The notes beneath the pieces are model-generated. The model had not been told where the DNA came from. It did no database searches and saw only the letters and a program-made list of their open reading frames with translations. A DNA stretch of 45,544 bases, taken from contig NW_014040555.1 in the NCBI RefSeq assembly GCF_001186125.1, positions 19,377 through 64,920 on the forward strand. Reading direction: 5' to 3'. Made by a program: the position numbers and the translations under genes. Within the stretch, counting starts at the first letter, position 1, and the number at the start of each line of letters is the position of its first letter. Origin of the DNA: Sphaeroforma arctica JP610. Lineage: Eukaryota. This document shows positions 12,589 through 26,600 of the stretch, in pieces.

Positions 12589-15049
12589 CTGTCGGTGATC
12601 CGAGAATGCTTACGTAACAGTAATAAGCCGAGCATCCAATGATATAGGAAGCTCTTTGTAGATAGATGTTTAGATGCACGGAGTCAGTCTCCGATAAAGA
12701 ATTTACTATTGTCGAGTATATGCATGGAAGGAGAATGAGAATGTGTAATATTCATTGACAATTATCCAGAGTGGATATTAAGTACCGGGTGTTAATTTGA
12801 AGTCAGATTGTAAATTATGCGGTTTTGTAGGGTACCATCTCGGATACGTGATTCCGTGTGACTAGATCATATACACCAACAAATAATTGTTCGCTATCGA
12901 GAGACACGGCCCAAATACCCTCTATAATCCAGCTGGATCGCATCACGGGCGCCTAATTCACTATGCTTGATCCGGTTATGTCAAAGCGGTTGAAAAACAA
13001 TCGGCGGACAGCTACAACGAGCTAATAGCACGCTTTGTACCCGTTCTTCAGCAATTTCTTAGTAAAACGATGCATATTGACATTCCTCACGGTGGTGTTT
13101 CCTCACTATTTTTGTGCATCCTATGTCAAAATCAATTTCACGCCTACCGAACGTTCTGCATTCGCATGAACGTCAAACGGACTCATTTTAAACTCCATTG
13201 TATTGGGAGCCTATGGATTTTGTTCGTTCACGGTGCACTTGCCATAGAATGCTGATCGCTATTTCATCACTACGTGGAAATTCTTAGTGAACTGATTCTT
13301 CGTTCAACGTGAGGACGCGGGATGTAGTCAGTATTCGACTAGACCTTTTTACTAACATTAACAACGTATAGTCACATATTTGAGCTACAACATATAGTCA
13401 TGTACTTAGGCCAGAGGGTCAGCTAGTGTTCCTTGCTTCAGTAGTGATCGGNNNNNNNNNNNNNNNNNNNNNNNNNNNNNNNNNNNNNNNNNNNNNNNNN
13501 NNNNNNNNNNNNNNNNNNNNNNNNNNNNNNNNNNNNNNNNNNNNNNNNNNNNNNNNNNNNNNNNNNNNNNNNNNNNNNNNNNNNNNNNNNNNNNNNNNNN
13601 NNNNNNNNNNNNNNNNNNNNNNNNNNNNNNNNNNNNNNNNNNNNNNNNNNNNNNNNNNNNNNNNNNNNNNNNNNNNNNNNNNNNNNNNNNNNNNNNNNNN
13701 NNNNNNNNNNNNNNNTAAGCTAGTGCGATAATTTTCGTGTCCAACAGTAAGTTCTTGATGTCTCCACTGCTGGAGATTTGGCCGGAATTTTAGGTCGGAA
13801 ATGGCCAGTAGGTCGGCCTTTTCTCAGGTCTCTTCTGCACGAAAATCTCTGACCCCGCAAAGCGACGATTGGGAAAAACTCTTCAGTTTCAAAGATAAAA
13901 ATCCAAGGATGGTTGACTTTTATGAACAAAATTGGTGGTAGAAATGGCTACACGATAGGTGATGTCAAAATCCTGAGCTCTACACTGTTTTGTCATATAA
14001 ATACTTCAATTTGTTAGCGGATTAGTTCGCTACTCTTTTAAATAAAAAAACATCGAGTTCTTTTAAAATAGTAATAGTGTAGATACCTTATCCACTCCAC
14101 AATAACTTCATTCGTTGCATACTGATAGAGACTGGATCCTTTAAATCCAGAGGATAAAATGGCCAGAAACTAAAGTGTTCGCCAAACTTTTAAAATTGTC
14201 CGATCGTCCAATCAGGATTAACCCCTCAATGTAAATATGTGCTATTGTAAACCTGGTATTGTATTCGCGTTTTGATATTTCGATAGAACCATCTTGTACA
14301 GTATACGCTCAGCAGTACATATCTGATGTGTTCTATATACTGTCGGTCTTTCCGTATTAGTGAAAGGACAACTCTAGTATACAATTAGACCCATTAAGTC
14401 AATGCGAGCAGCGACTGACGCACTTCCCGTCAATTAATCTAAGACTTTGCATGGAGTTCCGTTTTAATATTTCCAAATTTATACAATTCCGTTCGTACTG
14501 TCACCTTGCTCAAAAGTTATGCCTAGAGGTTCAAAACTTACCACAACTGCTGCCCGATATCCTGGGAGTATGTGTCGTGTATATAGATAGCTCAAATATT
14601 CTATACCAGTAGAATGCATGCAGTAGAGTACACTAGTCACTCACTCTAGACCATAATTACAAAGCGAATTATCCATAGCACGCAATATTTATTGTCCTTA
14701 TATTTGTGGCTGTTCATTTGTTATGGTAGCACGTATAATTTTGTGCTTTGTTATGATAGCACACATAATATAATTCGTCACTCATACTGTTTGTAATTGT
14801 TTCTTGTTCGTACACTTTACTACGGATCCAACATTCAGGACGATTTTGGTTCATTACAGACACATAGTAGCTCCGGCATTATTGCTTTTAGTAGTGATCT
14901 GCGCTCAGTTACACATTACTCCGGAGCAACGCGCAAAATATGATAGCACTCTATAGCACGTAGTGCCATATCACATTCCGGATTCGATTATGGAGTGGAT
15001 GACATAATATCATGCACTTACTACTGCCACAGTTTGGGAATAATTGACT

Positions 15050-17260
15050 GATCGGCTACCGGATGCGTACGCGTCACTTTTATGCATAACTGTTTTTCAT
15101 CAAGATATGATTACAAGCTTCACATGCCCAAGTTGCTTCACATACCGTCATGTCAACTGCAACGGACAACAGTTGTAAGAACACACCGCAAATTCGAACA
15201 AAGTTCCGTGGTTATCATGGGCCAAACTTGTCGCATACTACAGCATAATGTCACAGGCTGAAAACCGAATGAAGTTTTGGTGGAGGCCCAATTTAAAATC
15301 ACAAAACAGAGTGTGGTAGAGAAAACTGTCAAAGAGTAGGGAACCAGTATAAGAGGGAATACATTCGTATAGAACATTGTTTTCGCTGAGGCGAAGCACG
15401 TAGACGCGAGGCTTGTACAGAATCAGATATTGTAACTGCAATAACGAAGAATGTTTCGATGCCTGGCGATGAAAGTGTTATAGAATGTTTTTTTATGGAA
15501 ACAAACACCGCCTTTCCAATTTCCCATTACGCTAGATAAGATCCAACGTTATAAAGAGAAGAACAGTACAGCGTATGGGGAAGCTAAAGTAGTCACCTCC
15601 ACTGCTACTACATTAAAAGGCGACAAAGTTATGACCGATGCGAACGAAAGGTGGACAATGATTCAACCAATAAATGGCAATCACAGTCTGGAACTAGGTT
15701 ATAAAGAGAAGAACAGTACAGCGCATGGGGAAGCAAAAGTAGTCACCACCACTGCTACTACATCAAAAGGTGATAAAGTTATGACCGATGCGAACGAAAG
15801 GTGGACAATGATTTAAGCAACAAATGGCAATTACAGTCTGGTACTAAAGTCTGTCCATGTCAACGTTGCCGAGCGAAAATCAACGTTGAAGTTTGTTCAC
15901 CCGCGTTTCAATTCATATCGAGTGCAGGCGTTACTCGATGAATATGGTTGTAGTTTTATGATTCCATATTAGATATCCGCAAAAACAGACCTGATCAGAT
16001 TATCAGCATTCAGAAATACAGTTGTCCTGTTTTGATGCGGGAGGATCAACCAACATTTCGCAGTAAGTACTGTTCGATTTAATATTAAAAATAGCATTTT
16101 TATCAATACATTTCTCATTGTGATTCGTTTACTTCCTGGTGTCCAGTAGCTACTTGGTCTCGACCGGAGCGTTCCTGATGTTCAATGTGATACCAAGCAA
16201 GCACAATTCATACGGCTATATGATGGGGGGGAATTATTCAACAAGAAAAATACACTGCGAGTTTCTCGCCCTTCAGATGAGGAACATAATGGCACTGTAG
16301 TCAAACATATATTTCATAACCAGAAGTTTCTGTGGCTGGTCACACAATCCCTCGTATTCGGCTTCTGATATCAAGTTTCAAAAGTAAAAACAGATTACTA
16401 TAATATTTATTTGTTCCCAAAAGCATCGCTTTAAGATATATCACTGCCTGTTTAGTGAAAGGTACTAATCGCAAAAGGTATATTTAAATCGGTAACCACT
16501 GACTAAATTTTACCAATGTGTATAACTATTCATTATTGGATATATTGAGGAACTCGACATTCCCCAGCTAGTTGAGGCAGTCACATCTACTGAAACGAAA
16601 TAGATTTTTTCTCACCTCACTGGAAAGAGACATCACAAGAGAAGACATACATTTGTCACGCGAAGAGAATTTACCATTTGATTATAAACATGCTGCAAAT
16701 TTATCAGATGCACAAAGGTTACTTATTGAATATCTGCTCATTAAGTAATACTTGTTCGATCATTCTGAGCACGATCACCGTTTCATGGATCAACCCCCAG
16801 TTTGGTTGCTGATAAACACCGAAGAAGCGATAAACGTAAAACAATATACACTTTCACGCACGCAAGAATATGCTCATGAAACTATTGTACGTGACATGAT
16901 GGCAATAATATTATAGAATACTCGGATAACCCGCTCCAGAACTTGTATTGCCGAAACCTTAATAGCCAGGGACCTATAGGTTAGTCAAGGAACGTATAGG
17001 TTAGTCACAGATTTCCAAAAGGCAAACACGCACATAATATACCGTGACTAGCCAATAGTACACTCAGCTTTCCAAAAACTAAGTGGTTGTCAGTATTTCA
17101 GTACATGGGACGTGGAATCGGGATATTGGCAAATTTTAGTAGATAAGGAATCTCGTAGATTCCTAGCCTTCTCCACGCCTGTGACAAAAGTTTAGTATAG
17201 AGATATACCGTTGGGATTACGACCATCGGCTGTTATATTTTATAGTATGCACAAGCGGCA
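15050..17260 (+). pseudogene. Heavily decayed Ty3/Gypsy retrotransposon relic (gag/protease/RT fragments)
   Basis: About 15920 reads VQALLDE (protease-like). About 17075-17245 reads KLSGCQYFSTWDVESGYWQILVDKESRRFLAFSTP...IPLGL, matching Gypsy RT motifs. Many stops; boundaries approximate. Confidence 0.7.
15548..15847 (+). repeat. 150-bp (50-codon) direct tandem duplication within the relic
   Basis: GTTATAAAGAGAAGAACAGTACAGCG at 15548 and 15698. Confidence 0.95.
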
Positions 17261-17499
17261 GTAGTTCTTTATGCTACCATATGTGGCAGAAAGGAGCCCG
17301 TGATAATTTGATGGATTTGACTACTGAAATATGATGCGAAGTGCGTTCGAAAGACTAAGAATAGCGTTATGACTAAGCACTAACACATTCAGAGTGTGTG
17401 TCCAACGCTCGCCCGTTTCATGTACAAGTCAACGCGTGCAAAGTTAGTGAAGGTTGTGTTGACACAATTACAACTGTACAAAGGTAACTTACAGGAATG

Positions 17500-20400
17500 C
17501 CTACCTGCACATCAGGCTTCATATTCGTTGGAAAGGTTTTGAGGAAATTGTAGGGAAGTTAATATTGTCGAACTGCTACGAGAAGCTCGGGGAGAGTGAT
17601 GCAACGATGGAAGACATATGTTCACGACGATGGATACAGAATAAATCTACCATTGGGTGAAAACCAGATCCTGTGTGCCATTGTGTGGAATAAAGCTGGC
17701 CAACCCTCGTAGTGGTCATATGGGCTGAGTCAGTCTGAGATATTTGAACGTGGTACCGAGAAGGGTGAGGTTGTCATCCGCAATTATTTTTCGGAGCAAA
17801 GTTGGAGGCTGCCCAATCCTGGCTATCCATAGCGGGAAGTATCTTAAGTGGTACCAGAAGTCTCAAAGATTTGGTATGTACCGAAATCTGGAAATATTAC
17901 TTCAGGAGAGTGATGGGTATGGGGAACATCAATCTATCGACCAGTACTGGATGGTGATATATTGGTACCCGCTGTCCATAGAGAAGGAAGCCCCCGAGAC
18001 AGTCGTGGAGAGTCCATACGCCGTGGTAGTCATGCCGATTATGTAGTTGATGTAGTAAGTCCGGTCCAATTGAGGGTAGATTAGGGCCCTCCAGAATACG
18101 CCGTATTATGAAACTGATACAAGCAAAGTGGCTGGACGTAAAAGTCTTATCTCCGGGCACACAGGACAGTGGCATCCACCAGTGCGATAGTCAAGCAATT
18201 TGAACAGGAACGTCTTGATTGCTATCACGGCACAAAGACGGATTGGGATGTGTTCATGGCAATGGGTAAAGCTATCATGAGAGGGCTTGTCCGGGTCCGT
18301 GATGGGAAATTATCTCCTTATAAGTTGATAATAGTATTGGCGGCAAACTTTGCCTGCTATCTTCTTAAATGTGAGACGCTATGTGGTATTATGTCGGATC
18401 TCACAGAGCTTACGGAGTTCTTTGTGTTGAGGTGTGCACCCACCCCTTGATTCTAGATAAGCGTAAATACTGAACTGGGATTTGTCCGGAGGTCTGTTAC
18501 ATGTTCAAGCGGGTCTCGTAAGTGGGGCGAGTGGGTCTGTACTGTCGATAGAGTCAAGTTTTAGTCCCAGGAGGCAGCCACCAAAATACTCCGCAAATTG
18601 GCGTGCTGGAAGTAAAAAGGAGTCGTATGCGCTGGTATAGCAGTTTTGAAAATATAGTGCCTGTTATGATGGCTGCTGTTTGATTCTGTGCTGAGTTGTA
18701 CCGCTCGTACAGCGTCTTCAACACTGCAAGGATGTTCAGACCATAGTTGGCCGTTGAAAGAATGGATGTCGTGAATATTTCCAACCGATTTCGCGGATGG
18801 TGCCAGCTGAATCCATAAAACCCATACGCCCGGAAGCACTCTATATATAGCCTGGAGTAATGCTCCACGAGGTGGTCCATGTGTTTTACATAGTCGATAC
18901 CCGGTCTGCCCTGGGACAGTTGAGACCCTAAGTAGTTGGAAGGCTGTGAAAAGATGTCAGAGAGTTCCGCCGCCAAGGGCATGGGAGGGGAAAGTAGGCG
19001 TCTGTTGAGAGTGTTCGCATATGGGGAACCTACTAGCGTTGGCGGGATGAGATGTCCTTTGATACGGAGAGGCGGTGTCACATGCAGCATGCTCGACCAC
19101 CTCTTTCGGGGCGTAAGAATACCATGTTTTAGACCGGATTGGCGACCCCAACCATCGATTGCGTTCAGGAGGGGTTGCAACCGAAAAGACTGCGGAGCCT
19201 GGATGCGTGTGTCATCTACAAAGAGGTAGAAGCGGAGTTATTCCGGCCGAAATTGCGCAAGTGTAATAGCCAGGGAGTCCATATAAATGGAAAGTTGTAG
19301 ACCGACAATCGACTTTGGAGTGTGCCATTCGTTTTATGGAATAGAGGTGAAAGCTTCCCACGATACGTCACCCGTGTGGGAATATTCTCGAACGATGCAC
19401 AAAGACAACTGATACAGTTCTCTAGCATTCCAGCGTGGCGCAACAGCATCCACATTTACGGGAAGGTCACTTTATCGTATGCTTCAGCGATGTCAATATA
19501 CACATCATTCCAGGCATCCTCGGAATGTATCTCAGATTCCATCGCGACTAAGGCATGAGTATGACAGGAGTAGCGTGATTTAAATCCAATTTGAGTTGCA
19601 TGAGTGGTTGATCGGGGGTGATTTGTTATCAGCTGTAGGAAGGACTTCTCAAAAGGTGCGTCGAAAATCTGCGTTAAGGTTATCGGTCGGAAATCGGCAG
19701 GGGATGCAATATTCACGTCTGCTTTCGTCGGATGGGCTGTTAAGAGATTGAAGTATAAAGCTTTAGGGAATGTACCAGCCAGTAAGAGAGTGGAGAATGC
19801 CTCATCCAAGATGCCAATAAATGTGCTGTCAGGGTCAGGGCGTCCCATAGTCGGGAATTCAGTTGATGATTCTACTGCGGCCTTAGGGAGAAGGATATGG
19901 ATATCATCTGGACCAGTACCCTTGTTTGGATAGCGCAGTATTACCTTCAACACCATCTCCGAGTGAATAACTGCATTTGATGGAGGTGTTGGTACTGTGT
20001 CCGGCGTGATGACGTGTGGGTTAGTTGAGTTGAAGAGATCTTGGTAGTAACCCGTCAGTGCAGCGTCTGAAGCGGTGATCGACGTTGAGGTAGATGTCCT
20101 TGTATATCTGGATGTTGTGTTGGGCAACAGATCATGGGCGGAACGTGTGATTTGGCAGTCGTTGTTGTACCCACGGGTTGTCAGTGACATAATAGTAATC
20201 TTAAAAAATGGCAGGGTTCGCTGGGTAGCGCCAAATTTGATCTGGTGTACGATCCAATCCGTCTGACAGTCCATGTATTGTCAGGTATGACCGTAACAGA
20301 TGTTGATGCTCCCGGATCTCAGCTTGAAATAACAGGGTGCGGGACTTGTCGTGTAAATGATGCAGTCGGTGGCGATACCGGTTGTGGCCGTGGGATGAAA

Positions 20401-22080
20401 GACACTGGTGCTGCAGTGGTGATTGAGACGGAGGCACTCGCCGAAGACGGAATCATGGTTCATTTGGGACCACCTGAAGACAGATTTAAAACCGTGATCC
20501 GCAAGAAAGTATGTTTGTAGAGAGGCTGGTTTTGTTGGCATGTGGTACGCGTGCTATGTACCGATAGATTCTCCCGTACGTAGGTATTGTAGGCGCCAGG
20601 CACTGAGAGTAGTGGCCTCTGCCGTCTTTTTGCGGGGTCCATTGATCGTGGATGTGTGACCATACTGTCTAGCTTTGAAATTGAAATCACCCAAACGACA
20701 TCTGGTTGGAAGTTGCCAATCTCAGAAGGATTCATGTAGCGTTCAACTCCTGCATCTGTGAAAGAGTTGAGTGGGAGGTAGAATATAGTCATTCGAATAC
20801 CAAAGCAGAAGAAGAAAACGAAACCTCGATGCTTGGAAAATATTACAATGCCACATTGCGAAGGATGTACGAGGTTGTGTCGTGCAGTGTGATGTAAGAT
20901 ATGATGCTTCGTGGAAAGACCTACATTATTTAAAAAAAGTCACATTGTGCCAGGTTTCAACCACATACATAACACCAACCTGATCCAAAATCGATATAAC
21001 ATTCAAACACTTATCTGGTTTCGTTGGAGTAATCATGCTGAGGCCTCATGGATTAAGAAGCGTCATCTTCTGCATATGTCCTAACGTTGTTCCCCTTCTG
21101 ACAAGCTGACAACGGGTTCTGTTATATTGATTTTCATGTCGTCGTCTGTATCACGTGCTACCAGTTGATCTGCCTTCTCCAAGAGTCGGGAAACCGCTGA
21201 TGGGGCAGTTGGGTTGCGTGCGGAGTCTTGGGTTGTGGGTTTGTCACGCTTTCATTGAAGTGTCCTCACAACAGGTTATGTATTGTTGATTTCCATGTCT
21301 TCATCTGCATCACGTGCTTCCAGTTGCGTGCGGAGTCCTGGGATGTGGGGTTGCCTCGCTTTCATTGAAATACCCTCTCAATACGCTCGGTTGTAGATTT
21401 GAGGATCTCGATATCTACTGATTTCGTCAAAGGGTTCAATGAGATCAAGGCTGTTGCCCATGTTCTCGGGTGCCAAGCCTGCATCTTATCGGGCCTCGCG
21501 CTTGGTTCGAAGATGATGTATAATTGCTGCTTTGGCTAAATCTGGGTGCTTATTGGAGCGTGGATCGATATGTTCATCATGGCGCCACTTCCAGGAATAA
21601 TTCGTAATTCGTTTCAATTTGGCTTGGACCTCAAATACAGATTCGGATGATGCTGATTGCTCGGCCTAGACGGTTGCGTTTGAAAATTGGTTTTGATGGA
21701 AGATACCAGAGAAGATGGTGACGATTCAAAATTGGGTGGGAGCGTCACACTTCTTCGAAGGTATAGCTTGAGGGATGCTTGCCATTTGGAATCCTACTTC
21801 AAAGAAAAGCCAGACAGGAGGTGTATTCGTCATTTCGTCTACAGATTTTTCGGGCAGCTGGCGACCCGTCATTTGTGACATGAGTGCTCCAGAAACTATG
21901 GCTGTTACTTTTGGTACTGGAAGGGATGGTCATATTTTAGGGGACAGTTTTGTGGATTTAGCTACTTTGGAACGGTAGCTGGCAACTTCAATGTTACTTT
22001 TTGCTAATGGTGCGTAAGCGATTCGCCGGTGTAGTGATCACAGTGTCATCATTTGTTGGTTGTTGAATTTCAGTAAACCA
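17500..22080 (-). mobile_element. Decayed non-LTR retrotransposon (LINE): ORF1 with a zinc-knuckle remnant, ORF2 APE-endonuclease + RT + C-terminal CCHC
   Basis: APE-like start at 20792 (MTIFYLPLNS...PDVVWVIS). RT motifs KGTGPDDI, FRPITL, QIGFK, YIDIAEAYDKV and LFVDD (~19210). CPVC..H..C at ~18170-18120. Degenerate knuckle at ~21445-21485. Multiple frameshifts; ends approximate. Confidence 0.8.
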
Positions 22081-22127
22081 GACAAAATAAACATAAATCA
22101 ATACTGTAAATGAAACATACTTATATC

Positions 22128-22235
22128 TCCTCGATGGTCTAGTTGGTTAGGACGTGGTTCTCATAGTTCAAATTCGTTGCGGCGAATCGCAAATGCGTCA
22201 TTCCGAGGTCGCAAGTTCAAGTCTTGCTCGGGGAA
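22128..22235 (+). tRNA. tRNA-Met(CAT) with a 34-nt canonical intron (22166-22199)
   Basis: Acceptor stem TCCTCGA/TCGGGGA + A73; D-stem GTCT/GGAC; CT-CAT-A loop; AGGTC variable loop; T-arm GCAAG-TTCAAGT-CTTGC; T6 Pol III terminator immediately downstream. Confidence 0.85.
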
Positions 22236-22555
22236 CTTTTTTGCATTTCAGTACAGCTTGGTTGCTACTGATGTCGATTCTTTATAAAGGCGATATAATC
22301 AATTTTCCCCGACTCTTAAGGTTAAAATACAGCATAATATAGCGCTATACTAAGTCTTTGTTGTTAGCTTCGCAGGAATAATATACTTCGCTCATACGAA
22401 AGCAACAGCCACAGCATTCATGCAAATGCTCTAAGATTGGGGTTCATATCCCAGTGTAAAGTCTTCATAAATCACTTTAGTGGTGTCTTCGTACTTCATG
22501 CCCTGTGGTAAATAACACATGACGCTTGCATAGGTAACGTATTGAATTTAAAAAA

Positions 22556-22663
22556 TTCCCCGAGCAAGACTTGAACTTGCGACCTCGGAATGACGCATTT
22601 GCGATTCGCCGTAACGAATTTGAACTATGAGAACCACGTCCTAACCAACTAGACCATCGAGGA
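22556..22663 (-). tRNA. tRNA-Met(CAT) with intron, inverted copy
   Basis: Reverse complement of 22128-22235 with one intronic substitution; has its own oligo-T terminator. Confidence 0.85.
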
Positions 22664-23652
22664 GATGAAATTGTCTTTAAAACGTGATTGATATAACGTT
22701 ATTAATAGATATGGTATTTACATATGTTCATTTCGTATTCCTTGTTTTACTGGTCTGTGGAGTGGGTCACGACGGCCTTACATAGGCTTTTAAATGTATT
22801 TTGCCGACCATCCTTACCAGATAATGAATAGATTCGTCGCTCTGACCAATTTATCTCATTGAAAGGTTTTATGGTCAACTATGAATGTGAACGAAGGAAG
22901 GTATTGTATAAATCTAGAAAGGGTTCAGTGTAATCGTTCTAGTACCGGGTAATCAATATCGTTTGTGCGGGATGACGGGCGAGAAATGACCAGATGATAA
23001 AACTTGGTGTACTCCCCTTAAAAGTACGAATATTGAATTAGGTATCCTGACACTGGGGATTCAACCGAAAGGGAGGCCTCAAGCTCCGTAACAGGTACCT
23101 GTCACTGGTGATGATAGAAATTATGATATTCTCTACCAATACGGTGTCCGTTGTAGATTGTGTATCCAACGATAATCCAGGTGCACTTTTGACTTGTTAC
23201 ATGTCTCGTCTGTGTTTATTTCTGTAAGGTGTGAAGACCCGATGCTTTAATCGACTGCCATGTACCCTTTTAATATTGTTGACAACCCCCAGCAGTAGTA
23301 AGTGCTTTACCACTGCAAAGTAGTTCGAGAATACATTCAAATAAACCCGACATAAAAACTATCCAATACAGGATGTTTAAATTCAAAAAGATATAATTTT
23401 ACCTGCAGCCCTCGGTAGGAAGCTGAAGGCATAGCCTTCTGAATCATACAAGCCAAACATTGGTCTGGATTTTCTGGTCCGGAGTAAAAAATAATAAATT
23501 GATGACGCGAGTTTTATATAGCAAACACACAGTCAAAACATACTAACACACACAAAAACACCTCCAAATACTATGTATGCACAACCTTATTAACTGTACT
23601 AGTGTCGCTATCAGAGGCGTGCACAAGCCTCACCTCGACTTGTAGAGAATCC

Positions 23653-26600
23653 TTAGTCAGACATTATGGCAGCGACGATTAAATCGTGGGTATCTCGATC
23701 TATAGGGTTCAGTAGTACTCTCCCAATGCGTTCTACCATTTCGATTTTGGACGCCATTGTGAGCTCCAATTGACGACAATATCCACGGGCATCATCGATA
23801 CTTAACCCCGGTACACTACCCAAACCCACCTTATGCAAATCAGCTAGTAGAATACCACGCTGTCTCAATTGCTCGACAGTACCGCCGAGGGGAGCACTAA
23901 TACTACGCAAAATTTCTTTGCATTGACTGCCCGTACATTTCCCACTACTCTCAAATGTGAATGCTGTACCCTCTGAAGTCTTCAAAGAGGTAGGCTGCCC
24001 TTTCTTTTTGTTAGTCTTTACCATGCTGAGTGTTATGACTGTAGCTGCATGTCGTCTATTCAGAATCATAGACATATTCTTACAAGACACATTGTATATA
24101 GTATTAAGGAATGCATTCGAGATCGAAGCTGCTCGGTCCTGATTGGTAACAGGACAGACTACGCGTAAATATGTTAATTTCTTGCATGTGGAAATACGCG
24201 GGAGCATTATATCTTTCAGAGCCTTCAGCCCCGCACGACTTGAACAAGTAGATTGGTTAAACATCTCGATAAACTATTTGTTGTGAACAATTTGGTCCAC
24301 CACGTCGACTATCAATCCCGTCATTTCTACAACTTGTGTGGTAGGCCATGTTAAACCTTTGCGATCCAATTTGTCAATCAGTTCAGCACGATACTCTACA
24401 AAAACCTTACAGTCTTCGTCTAAAACCTTGCCCAAGGTGACTACATTTGTACATAGTGCACACGAAACATTACAGTTCTCCTTCCATTTGAAGGCAGCAT
24501 ACCCTCCAACATATGATAGTACACTATTTGAAAGCGACTAAGACACAAGCTTGCTGCCATAGTGTAGAAGCGGTTTCCACTTGTACATAAGACGCTTTAC
24601 AATAGCAACTTCAAGTGCGAGTGTCTTCTCTTTCAAGCCATCAAACATTGCCCTGTATAATTCGCGATTGTGACTACCGTCACTGTTATTGCATACTACA
24701 TACATGGCTCTTATCATGAGTCTTCGTTGAGTAAATAAATATACTGGTATGTCTAAATGGCGATTGCCACCAGCCATCAATCGAGCAATAGAAACGTTCA
24801 TTTCGATAGGGTCGTTATTACGCGACCAGCTAATACATAGTTAAACTTTTTCACAATAAGTAGATGATGTATACAGGCGGCTAGTGTACGCAAAGTGTGA
24901 GCAAGCGTAAAATAGGTCTCAAGGGTCAAACCTCCTTGTGGTACTTTCCTCCCCTTTGTCTTCTTCGGCTGAGCCGTAGCTGTCGAGGTGAGTTCAGTGT
25001 TAACATCTGTAGTGGCGGCTTGTTCATTTCCATGGCGATGTAGCACTCAGCTCATCATTTGAAATAAAATTTGTTGTCCTCGCTGAATATCTGAACATCG
25101 TGTATTCATTCCATCATAGCGTTATATTCTGCGATCTGTTATGGTTAGATTAGAGCATAATTAGTAACTCAATGAATACAAACACACAATCAAATGACTG
25201 ATGTACAGGATATTATATATGGCTTTGACAACATGATAATACATACATCTACAGAGCTGTCGTCATCGTCGTCATCAATGTATATATACTTGGCTTGCCG
25301 CTGGATTGGAATGGTATTAGTTAGACCAGAATACCAATCATCCTGCAGCCACTTTGTGATGTCTGCGGCAATTCAATCGGATATCTTCCAAGTCGGTAAA
25401 AGATAGAGCTCACGCATCACGTTTCCTTTGTCCTTCACTAGTGCTAACAGTGAGAAATGGTTTAATCACATATTTGTTAATCATTTCCAAGAATAAGTAT
25501 GTACCCTTTTCTGCGGCTCCAAATTCCTTTCTTAGTGCCGTACAAAGCTCATCCGAGAACAACAGTAAAGCCGGCGCAACCTGCTGTCTTTCTAGGTTGG
25601 TCGGCCAAACTGTTGTGCGATTGATACGAATTTCAGAGAACAAGGAGTCCTTGTACATAGTGTAGAGTGCCCTAACTGGCTTAAGGCTGCATATTCCTTT
25701 AGGAAGTACGTAGCCATCGGATAGTTTAAGCTCCGGATAGTCAATACGTGATTATTGCGCAGCATGTTATTTTTAATACACTTTACAATACGTATAAGGC
25801 AGAAAAATGCGAACATCTTCTCCCCGTTGAAGACTCTGGACACCGGTAATTTTTGAGGTAAAGCCAGCGGCTGTCCAGGTGGCACAGAAGTTTGATCCGG
25901 AAGGACGAAGAGTCTCAAGGCTTTTCTGTTCACAGTACAGCCATCAAATATGACTGGTACTGGCACATACGATGTGCTTTTACACTTATCCAGAGACTCA
26001 AGTAGATAGGTACACTAGTCATCCCTGCCACCGGTCGACTCATGAGATTCATAGACATTTTGCTATCTCCAATGGAAGATAATAAAATGTTTGAATATGG
26101 TTGGCCAGTGTACTCGGGTCATTATACGCCGGTCCATATAAAGAAGTCTTACTGGTGAATGTATGACTTGGGACGGATATTAACTTCATCAAGATGTAGG
26201 GCCATGATTGATTTCGCATTTGAAATGAAGTAAGCTCCTTCTTCTCGTCAAAAGCGATCTGTCTCACTTCCTGTTTGGTGCGCGTATCGGAAAGTCCGTA
26301 CACATGTGCCTGTGAAATACATTCTAACACCGCTGCATGCGCTGATCCAACACCGGCCAAGATGCAGTCAGATGGCAAGGCATTGCTATTTTCAGACGAA
26401 AATATAGTACGCTCGCACGACAGGAATGTAAAGGAACTGTTAGCACGGATTTTCTTATATAGCCCTGGTGATTTTCTTTGCAGAAGCTGTGAACTTGCCA
26501 GTACGAAAGAATTCGGAGGATATCTTCGTTTGAACCTACATGCCTCTAATAGCTCTACTTGCTCAGCCATATGAAGATAGTATGCAGCTCTACTTTTAGC

